This document shows, one piece after another, positions 17,731 through 25,025 of a DNA stretch of 36,008 bases. Below the pieces are notes generated by a model. That model was not told where the DNA came from. It ran no database searches and was given only the letters and a program-made list of their open reading frames with translations. Position 1 is the first letter of the stretch. Each line of letters begins with the position of its first letter. Location of the stretch: the IMG/VR virus record IMGVR_UViG_3300014059_000003, one strand, 5' to 3'. Origin of the DNA: a virus. The position numbers were made by a program, and so were the translations under genes.

Positions 17731-18528
17731 TTATATCCATTTTGCAAAACTTGTTGCGTCTGTTGTGTTTTGTCTGTCTAGTAAAATGCAATTAGCGAGT
17801 AAAGAAGCAGGACCAGTGCCCGCACTTGATAATACTTGAAAATTCAGTTTACTTTTAGCTTCAAACAAAATTGGTACTCTTAGCTCTTCTGCTACCTTAT
17901 CTGTAGTCGCGCCTGTTTGGGTGAATACTTCTTTAACTAGTCCTGTTAGATCCACTGCTTGCTTTACTGCCGCTGTAATTGATCCTGCTGTGGCGCTTCC
18001 ACTAGCAACATAAAAACCACACATTAGAAGAGAATAACTTGCAGGTACTACATAAAAGCCATGCCTCGAGATATTAGTACCTATGGCAACGTGCCCATGT
18101 ACTACCGCAGGGACACCCGCTGTGTTTACTCCTGTTCCTATTCTGATAATACCGGCATTAACTAGCCCTGCTCCCGCTGTTAGAACTTCTATCTTCTGAA
18201 TAGCTAGAACATTTGCGGTAACTAAGTTAACGCTAGTCTGTCCATTAAGCGTTAGATCTTCTGTGCTTTGAACAAATGAGGTGTTTACTAAAGTAACTCT
18301 TACTGTTCTTGCTCCTGTCCCTGCTGATGTATCGTTTGCGCTAGAACTAGCTATGTATGGCGTCGACATAGCAGCAGTAAGGAATGAATAAGCGCTGGAC
18401 TCGTCCCACAACGTTTCATATGTTGTAGTAGTAGCGCCATTATATCCCAATATATTTAGAGCAGTTGCCCCGTGAATGACTCCCGCTGGAATCCGCTCTA
18501 ATATATTTGTTACTGTATTAAATCCCAT
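17731..18528 (-). CDS. Virion structural protein, beta-rich
   Basis: 265-aa ORF, Gly/Thr/Ala/Val-rich, in the structural block. Confidence 0.5.
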   Translation of the reverse strand: MGFNTVTNILERIPAGVIHGATALNILGYNGATTTTYETLWDESSAYSFLTAAMSTPYIASSSANDTSAGTGARTVRVTLVNTSFVQSTEDLTLNGQTSVNLVTANVLAIQKIEVLTAGAGLVNAGIIRIGTGVNTAGVPAVVHGHVAIGTNISRHGFYVVPASYSLLMCGFYVASGSATAGSITAAVKQAVDLTGLVKEVFTQTGATTDKVAEELRVPILFEAKSKLNFQVLSSAGTGPASLLANCILLDRQNTTDATSFAKWI

Positions 18529-18537
18529 TTATCCCTG

Positions 18538-19083
18538 CTACGCACAGATATACGTTAATGCTGCTGCTTTCCAGCAAATGTGTGGGCCTATGCCAGTTAC
18601 CAAAGTACAAGCGGCATCGGTTGCCCCACCATTACAGGTAGAACCTGATTCACCATAGATCTTTGGAACACCTGCTGTAGTGTTTAAAAGTATCTGGATA
18701 GATCCTATAGGTGTAGCAGTAACAAATTTCCAACCTACTGTACCATTGGCCCCTGTAAGCTGATGCACTGGCTTGGTTGCTGATAGAGCTGCTGCATCTG
18801 ATACAGTTGTGCCCGCTCCTGCTACAGCCTCTTCATAAGTAGATTGAAAGTTAAGGCCGCCACCTCCTAGAAATGCAGTATTAAAAACCTTAGAGCTACT
18901 ACCTAAATTTATAGCATTAGTTGTCTGCGGTACGAGTGACTCAGCAATCGAATCATTAAGTTTAGTACATAATGCGATAGCTTGCGCAGGTGTAAATGCG
19001 GGCATTAGCTGCGTTGCACAAGTATCTGCATATGCAGAAGTCGCACTAATAGCTAAAAGAAACGTAATAAAAATCTTTTTCAT
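18538..19083 (-). CDS. Exported Cys-containing protein inside the structural module
   Basis: 181 aa. MKKIFITFLLAISATSAYA-DTC is a signal-peptide-like N-terminus. The mature part has six Cys. Confidence 0.55.
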   Translation of the reverse strand: MKKIFITFLLAISATSAYADTCATQLMPAFTPAQAIALCTKLNDSIAESLVPQTTNAINLGSSSKVFNTAFLGGGGLNFQSTYEEAVAGAGTTVSDAAALSATKPVHQLTGANGTVGWKFVTATPIGSIQILLNTTAGVPKIYGESGSTCNGGATDAACTLVTGIGPHICWKAAALTYICA

Positions 19084-19086
19084 AAC

Positions 19087-19881
19087 TTATACCTTTCTTG
19101 GTCTACGATTTTTTAATTCCTCTGGGCTTATTTCTATAGTTGGTACTGATGGCTCCTCTACTGGCGCTTCTGGCTGTTCATCCCCTGGATCAACTGCCCT
19201 AACTCCTCTACCTCGGCCTTTTGACCTTAATGTCTCAACTTCTCTCTTTAGTCGAGCTACTTCAATTTCTAGTCTATCTGCCTTACCTGCCTTTCCTTGA
19301 GGTGAATTAATTTTCAGCCATTGCTGTGCTATATCGCGAATTTCAAAGCCAGATTGATCTTTGATTTGCTCACATTCTACTTCATTCATCTCTGCTACTT
19401 GCTCAAGAGTATGAATACCAAACATATGTAGCTCGGTAATTGTTGAAGGCTGCAAAAAGTCAAATTCCTCTATTGAGTGCCCATCTGGGATTTTGCCTTC
19501 ACGGAAGAATTTATATTGGCGATGGAACTGCCTTTTAGAAAAATTATCCGCTATATCTTCTTTAATATTAGTATCGCCTTTAGTTTCAACCCGGATCATT
19601 TCTACGATTTCTTCGTATGCATCCTTGAAGGGAATACCTGTTTTAGGATCGATCTCAAAAAGGGGCTTTCCTTTCTCGTCTTTTGCGCGAATAGGTTTTC
19701 CTTGAGCATCAAGGGCTATAGATCCGTCATCCTGCTTTACATAAAGAGGGCGCGCTTTAAATGAAAGTCTTTTTTTATTATAAAATTTTACGTTTTGCTT
19801 TCCAGACTGTTTTAATGTCCCGTCTGAATTAATTTCTACATCTGCCAATAGTGGGGATTCAAAGGTATCTATACCGTCCAT
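19087..19881 (-). CDS. Hypothetical structural-module protein with basic coiled-coil C-terminus
   Basis: 264-aa ORF with the C-terminal RLEIEVARLKREVETLRSKGRGRG. Confidence 0.5.
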   Translation of the reverse strand: MDGIDTFESPLLADVEINSDGTLKQSGKQNVKFYNKKRLSFKARPLYVKQDDGSIALDAQGKPIRAKDEKGKPLFEIDPKTGIPFKDAYEEIVEMIRVETKGDTNIKEDIADNFSKRQFHRQYKFFREGKIPDGHSIEEFDFLQPSTITELHMFGIHTLEQVAEMNEVECEQIKDQSGFEIRDIAQQWLKINSPQGKAGKADRLEIEVARLKREVETLRSKGRGRGVRAVDPGDEQPEAPVEEPSVPTIEISPEELKNRRPRKV

Positions 19882-19899
19882 GCTTTCCTTATAAAGTTA

Positions 19900-19920
19900 G
19901 GGGGCTAAACTTCAGCCCCC
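19900..19920 (-). terminator. Candidate attenuator or terminator after the capsid and decoration genes
   Basis: GGGGGCT-N7-AGCCCCC, a 7-bp GC stem in the 45-nt gap. On the minus strand it is followed by UAACUUUAUAAGG, which is only moderately U-rich. Confidence 0.4.
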
Positions 19921-19926
19921 ATCAAA

Positions 19927-20433
19927 CTATTTCAACCAGCTCATGCCTTTAAGAGTTGTCTTAAATTGCGTAGCTGCTTGAGTTGTCACAGTTGCCATCA
20001 ATGTAGCGCCAATAAGCGGTATTGTTGACCCAGAAGAATCATCGTCTAGTACCCCTGCTGTTGCAGTTGAATAGAGAAGATTTCCTGCTGTAACGTTAGC
20101 TGCTAGAACTTTTGCTGTAGTGGAATTATCCCACAATACGCCGTTCAAACAGACTACCAGTCCCCAAAAATACTCAGAGGCTGCTACTGCGAACTGAGGG
20201 ACGCAAGCAAAGCCGCCTGCTGTACCTATTGCTGTAGCTGTAGTTGTAGTAGCTGAAGCTACTGCACCAGGGCCTCCGGCTAGTGTTCCCGAACAAACAG
20301 AATATGCATCTATTGCTGCGGCTGTAGCCAAGCAATAAACCCACGTACAACCATTAGATTCGTATACACTTCCTACTTGCGCTTGAGATGTAGTACCATC
20401 TGAAGCCGTTAAATTTGGTTTGCCTTGTAACAT
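19927..20433 (-). CDS. Possible capsid decoration or cement protein
   Basis: 168 aa immediately downstream of the major capsid gene, Ala/Thr/Gly-rich. The call is positional. Confidence 0.35.
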   Translation of the reverse strand: MLQGKPNLTASDGTTSQAQVGSVYESNGCTWVYCLATAAAIDAYSVCSGTLAGGPGAVASATTTTATAIGTAGGFACVPQFAVAASEYFWGLVVCLNGVLWDNSTTAKVLAANVTAGNLLYSTATAGVLDDDSSGSTIPLIGATLMATVTTQAATQFKTTLKGMSWLK

Positions 20434-20451
20434 TTTAAATCTCCCTAAAAA

Positions 20452-21435
20452 TTAAGAATCATACATTACAGCGTTTAACCCTGGGTTGTTCATCGTGAGA
20501 TTTCCAATACCCAGAAGGATCGCTGCTTCCACCAACTGATTAAACGATGTGCGCTTATTTAGCGGTTGGAAGTTGTATCCTGCATACATTTTTAGTTTGA
20601 AGGTCTTTGTATTTAGCAAATACCCTCTGTCTACTGCTATGTGAGATAGACCGGAGAAAATCTTGCCGCCTGCTAGTACGCAAGTAACACCTTCGATAAC
20701 ACAGTTATCAAAATTTGCTTCGTACATATCTTTATCAACTGTGATTCTCTGTTTGCCAGAGAAGGAATCACATGCTGCGTTGTAATATGTTTGGCCAAAT
20801 AGACCCAAATCAGGTTTATCAGTACCTCGTACAATCAAATTCTTTACGTATCGAGTGCGGGATTCAATATTGCTTGAATCTGTAGCTGATCCGAAAGTTG
20901 ATACTAGATTTACTGAGCTATTACGAATTGCTGAATAAGTAACTCGCGACAAGCCACCTATCGATCCAGTGTTGTTAGTGTCGGGAAGGTAACCCTTTAC
21001 TCCGGCAAAGGCCTTACCACCATAAGTAGTACCATCACCTTGAAGCATGGCTTCCATAACGTTCCATGTAGACTCATCTGCGATTTCTTGTCGCTCATCC
21101 ATCAAGTCTAAGAAAGCTGATTCGCCTTGGTTCTGTGCCTGCTCTAATTCATTTATTACAGTAGGAGTAACAATGATTTTGGGAGTATATGCAAAAGAAG
21201 CTAAGGTATTGTTATACCCCATAGTGATCTCCTCATCTGCATCAATTAGCTGCACATACTGATTTTGTGCAATTCTGATGTTTTCAGAAATGAAGCGACC
21301 GCCAGAGATAGTTTTAATACCTCCATTTTTTCGCATCTTCCATACTAGTGGAATATTATCTGCTACCGCATCAGCGGGTTTCTTTTCTCTTAACTCCCAA
21401 GTTGTAGAGTAAATATCACTAAAATTATCTGCCAC
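20452..21435 (-). CDS. Major capsid protein
   Basis: 327 aa directly downstream of the scaffold-like gene, in portal-scaffold-capsid order, with a strong SD (AGGAGG). I did not verify a fold motif by eye. Confidence 0.6.
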   Translation of the reverse strand: MADNFSDIYSTTWELREKKPADAVADNIPLVWKMRKNGGIKTISGGRFISENIRIAQNQYVQLIDADEEITMGYNNTLASFAYTPKIIVTPTVINELEQAQNQGESAFLDLMDERQEIADESTWNVMEAMLQGDGTTYGGKAFAGVKGYLPDTNNTGSIGGLSRVTYSAIRNSSVNLVSTFGSATDSSNIESRTRYVKNLIVRGTDKPDLGLFGQTYYNAACDSFSGKQRITVDKDMYEANFDNCVIEGVTCVLAGGKIFSGLSHIAVDRGYLLNTKTFKLKMYAGYNFQPLNKRTSFNQLVEAAILLGIGNLTMNNPGLNAVMYDS

Positions 21436-21468
21436 TTAAAGCCTCCTAATAACAGGAGACTATAAAGT

Positions 21469-22524
21469 TTAGTGTCCCCTGTGCATTTCTATAGCCTTTG
21501 CAAGCGCTGCTCTTTTTGAGAGCTTGCCTGAAAGGGTTGAATCGTTAACGCGTGGTGCAATTCTTCCTGGAATTGCCGCCGTTGCGCGCCTAGATTTTTC
21601 AATATGTTTCTGATTGCTTTGTGTGGAGACTGTTACTGGTGCGCCTGATACCTTACCACCTAGTGCTATGTAGGCCTCTCGGACTACTACAGTTTCGGTA
21701 GCGTTAGGGAATCGACGTCCGACCAGGGCCCTGAAGCCGGGATCGGAAGTAAGAGATCCTAACTCTCTGGCGAAATCGATACCCGCTTGACTGTTATCTA
21801 GTAAGCCGGGGAATACAGGATCGCCCGTTCGAGTTTTTAAAGATCCAAGTTCTGCAAAGATAGTATCAAAAGTTTGAACCGTCTTATGAAAAACTTGTTG
21901 TTCTTTATCCCTTTTTAATTCTTCTACGGTTTTCTGTAAAGCCTCTAGTTTTGATTGTTCTACTACCGCTGTTTGATTAGGTGCTTTATCTAGATCGATA
22001 CCTATTCTTCTAAGCTCTGCTTTTACGGTTGCGGGATCACCTTTTTTAAATTCTTGGATTAAAGCTAGTGCCTCCATGATAGCCTTTTCGGGGCTAACAC
22101 CTTCTGATCCTCTTGCCTCAATATAAGGAGCCGCCATCTTAGCTAAATCACGGTATGTTTTCCCTTCTTCTCTTGCTAGCCTTGCCTCTGTTTGGGCCCG
22201 TGATATTTCTGCTGTTCTTACGTCATGTATCCGTCTAAATTCTTTTTGGATAGTCGCTATATCTTTATTCTTCCACGCCTCTTTACCTGCTTTGCTAAAT
22301 TCTGCTGGTGGTTCTGGATCTGCTTCTACTGCCTGGCTTACTTCTTTTCTACTCGGCTCTGAAGTTATTTCTTTTTCAGGCCTTTCTTTACCTTCGTTGA
22401 CTATTTTAACGGCTTCCTCTAGTGCAGCCCTGTTTGACATTCCATCGAACTTGGGTGCTTCTACTGTTGTCTCTTCTACTGGCTTCTCTAAAAGTACTTC
22501 ATTGGTTGGCATTTCATTTGTCAT
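21469..22524 (-). CDS. Scaffolding protein
   Basis: 351 aa, highly charged and helical with few aromatics, immediately upstream of the capsid gene. Confidence 0.55.
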   Translation of the reverse strand: MTNEMPTNEVLLEKPVEETTVEAPKFDGMSNRAALEEAVKIVNEGKERPEKEITSEPSRKEVSQAVEADPEPPAEFSKAGKEAWKNKDIATIQKEFRRIHDVRTAEISRAQTEARLAREEGKTYRDLAKMAAPYIEARGSEGVSPEKAIMEALALIQEFKKGDPATVKAELRRIGIDLDKAPNQTAVVEQSKLEALQKTVEELKRDKEQQVFHKTVQTFDTIFAELGSLKTRTGDPVFPGLLDNSQAGIDFARELGSLTSDPGFRALVGRRFPNATETVVVREAYIALGGKVSGAPVTVSTQSNQKHIEKSRRATAAIPGRIAPRVNDSTLSGKLSKRAALAKAIEMHRGH

Positions 22525-23039
22525 ATTTCTACCTTCGCTTCTTTTAATAATTTAGTTAATCCTGATTTTTTGGCTACTTCTTCTTGTTTTTCTGCTTCCT
22601 TTTGAAACTTTTGTCTAATTTCTTTTGGATTAGCCCTAACCTTGCGTAGCGCTTCTAAGCTTGCTCTGCGCCTATCTTGTTTTAGCTCTTTTGCTTTTTC
22701 CTTTTCTCCTTTTTCTATGTACTTGCGCGGCTCTTTAATACTGCCAAATGTTATGGCTCCTGTTTCTTTGTCTAGCCTTTCCCATTCCTGCCGTGATTCT
22801 ACTATACGGCATGCCTTTTCATGATAGGTAGGAGGCATTGAGTCAAATATAACCTGTGGCGCTGTATCAAACTTAGGATTTGGATCAGGAGGATAGCCTT
22901 CTTTTAAACATCCGGCTTCACTATCCCAGTACCAATGGCCGCCTTTATTATCTTCAGGAAATTGGGGAGGCCAGCTAGATTCCTTTTCATTACCGTATTC
23001 AAAAACGCGGGATTTAATGCTCATAGCCCTCAAACTCAT
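22521..23039 (-). CDS. Hypothetical head-module protein
   Basis: 172-aa ORF with a Lys/Glu-rich C-terminus and a 4-nt overlap with the scaffold gene. Confidence 0.5.
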   Translation of the reverse strand: MSLRAMSIKSRVFEYGNEKESSWPPQFPEDNKGGHWYWDSEAGCLKEGYPPDPNPKFDTAPQVIFDSMPPTYHEKACRIVESRQEWERLDKETGAITFGSIKEPRKYIEKGEKEKAKELKQDRRRASLEALRKVRANPKEIRQKFQKEAEKQEEVAKKSGLTKLLKEAKVEI

Positions 23040-23232
23040 GCATAAATAAAAGTATTAGTTCCTCATCCTGCTTACGTCTTTTCTTCTTTTCAGCGTCCCA
23101 TATTATAATCTGCTCTGCCTTAAGTTCTCGCTTTGTCATCTCCTCATACTTTGGATGCTTGCCAGTATCCCCATCGGTTTGACCAGTATCGGTATTACCA
23201 GCAGGAGAGCGTAAGTAGAATAAAAGTGTCAT
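23014..23232 (-). CDS. Hypothetical protein
   Basis: 72-aa ORF with an ATGA overlap with the upstream gene. Confidence 0.45.
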   Translation of the reverse strand: MTLLFYLRSPAGNTDTGQTDGDTGKHPKYEEMTKRELKAEQIIIWDAEKKKRRKQDEELILLFMHEFEGYEH

Positions 23233-23471
23233 GGTGCTATTGTAGGCGTAGGCGTAGGACTAGGGGTTATTTCTGCTTTCTTAACTTCAATAAGCATCTG
23301 TAGCCGCTTACGCTGTGCGGACATCTCCTGCTGTTGTCTACCTATAGTAACTATTTTCTGCTCTAATTCTATTTGTGACTTCTTTAGTAGATCGGTCGTC
23401 TTTTCTTCTACTACCTGCGCCTGTACCAAGATAGGAAACAAAATGGTTATAGGTAAAATATATTTTATCAT
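23229..23471 (-). CDS. Exported or N-anchored coiled-coil protein with Pro/Thr tail
   Basis: 80 aa: MIKYILPITILFPILVQA-QVVEE, then a coiled coil, then the C-terminal TPSPTPTPTIAP. Confidence 0.55.
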   Translation of the reverse strand: MIKYILPITILFPILVQAQVVEEKTTDLLKKSQIELEQKIVTIGRQQQEMSAQRKRLQMLIEVKKAEITPSPTPTPTIAP

Positions 23472-23479
23472 GTTAACTC

Positions 23480-24583
23480 CTAATAAGAACTATAATAATA
23501 ATCTGCACAACAAACTACAGAACCTGTCTGCATGGAATTAAATTCAAACTGATCTCCCACTAGCCCGCGAAGAGGGGGAATAATTAGTCCTGAGGAATAT
23601 CCGGGGGTACCGCCCGTTATCCCTGTATTATCAAAAGCGGCGATTCCTCCATTCCAGATCTCTGTCCCTGCACCGCCACCACCGACAAAATCAAAAGATA
23701 GCTCTGAGGCAGTAGTAGTATCAGAATTACGGCACGAAATAGCGCGTATGTACATGTAATATGAGCCAGACGCATTAACTATGGTACTCGGTGTTCCCGC
23801 TCCTAAACTTGTTGCGCATATCGTCCCCCTGAAACTACCTGGAAGTTGACCATCTATACTTACTGCTAGTGTTCCACTTGCATCAGTTTGTATGCCTGTA
23901 TAATTATTTCTTGTTGTTGTTTCTGGTGTGTATTCCTGATCAGCGGGTTGATAATTAAACAAAGGCTTTACACCTGCGTCTCCTACGCTGCTAGAGGTTC
24001 CTGAATCGTGCAGTAAACTTGTAGCCGCGCTGCCATATCGCGAATCTAAAGCAGTATAAAGAGCATGGCCTATGCTAGTACCGTTGCCAGTTACTACTAG
24101 ATCCTTTTGCCTTCTGATATTAAAAGTGTTGCCGTTTGCTGGAGCGCTAGGAAAAGCGAACTTTACAGTGAATGAATTTGTACTAACTGTATCTACCCAG
24201 TTTATAACTCCTACGTTTGCAGCTACCCCAGAAATAAATTCTATAATATCCCCTGGCCTTGCCACATGAGCTGTTGCGTTTATGGTGGTGGTAGTAGTTC
24301 CGGTTTCTGAATTATCCGCTCCAATAACTTGAGTAGCAAGCATGAGCGCAATGTGTTCAGTTGGAGTTACAGCAGAATTAACTTTAGGTGCCGAGAATGG
24401 CTGATTAGCTTCTGTAATAGATGTGGCAAAAGTAGCCCCGGTACCCGGTTTGACATCCAATGGATTAGTAGGACCTACAGTTGTCCCATTATACTTGTAT
24501 AGATCTACTTTATTCCCAGGAGCTGGTTGAGCTAATGCAATCGCTGGAAAAAGAACTAATACTTTAAGTAGCTTCTGCAACAT
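23480..24583 (-). CDS. Exported beta-rich protein (fibre or adhesin-like)
   Basis: The ATG at 24583 (AAGG upstream) gives MLQKLLKVLVLFPAIALA-QPAPG. The track ORF extends to 24640 inside the upstream gene. The protein is Thr/Gly/Ser-rich and ends CCADYYYSSY. Confidence 0.55.
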   Translation of the reverse strand: MLQKLLKVLVLFPAIALAQPAPGNKVDLYKYNGTTVGPTNPLDVKPGTGATFATSITEANQPFSAPKVNSAVTPTEHIALMLATQVIGADNSETGTTTTTINATAHVARPGDIIEFISGVAANVGVINWVDTVSTNSFTVKFAFPSAPANGNTFNIRRQKDLVVTGNGTSIGHALYTALDSRYGSAATSLLHDSGTSSSVGDAGVKPLFNYQPADQEYTPETTTRNNYTGIQTDASGTLAVSIDGQLPGSFRGTICATSLGAGTPSTIVNASGSYYMYIRAISCRNSDTTTASELSFDFVGGGGAGTEIWNGGIAAFDNTGITGGTPGYSSGLIIPPLRGLVGDQFEFNSMQTGSVVCCADYYYSSY

Positions 24584-25019
24584 AAACCTTCTTTGTGCTC
24601 CCTGATGCTTGATACATTCTGATTGCGCCTTGATAGACAAAGCCGTTTTTATCTAAGGGTAGAGTACCGCCAGCTACTAGAATAGCGGCTGATCCTGGCG
24701 TAATTGTTACACCATAATCAAATTCTATATCTGTGTCCGAAATGTTTTCAATATAGGCTCCGGGCTTTCTATTCGCATTTGCTGCAATAGCAGTGACTCC
24801 CGTACCGCCTGTTGTAATATCTACAGAGATTCCAGCAATCGTAACGCTTGAATAGCCTGGAGCTACAGGAAACGGGGTTAGTGATGTGAACTCAACGCCT
24901 GATGAATTTACTAAAACTACAGCCTGTAATTCAGTACCGTTAGGTTGCTTAAAGATTCCTACCGGATAGCTGTTAGTGGGGCTATTAGCTACGTTCTGAT
25001 TGAGGGTTACTGTAGCCAT
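24564..25019 (-). CDS. Hypothetical virion protein
   Basis: 151-aa beta-rich ORF directly downstream of the portal gene. Confidence 0.5.
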   Translation of the reverse strand: MATVTLNQNVANSPTNSYPVGIFKQPNGTELQAVVLVNSSGVEFTSLTPFPVAPGYSSVTIAGISVDITTGGTGVTAIAANANRKPGAYIENISDTDIEFDYGVTITPGSAAILVAGGTLPLDKNGFVYQGAIRMYQASGSTKKVYVAEAT

Positions 25020-25025
25020 TAGCCG

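Noticed and set aside
17731-24640. Possibility of a diversity-generating retroelement or programmed frameshift in the Thr/Gly/Ala-rich fibre-like genes.
   Set aside because: No reverse transcriptase ORF is present anywhere and I could find no template/variable repeat pair. The 77-nt overlap of 24564..25019 with 23480..24640 disappears once the ATG at 24583 is used, and no slippery heptamer was evident.
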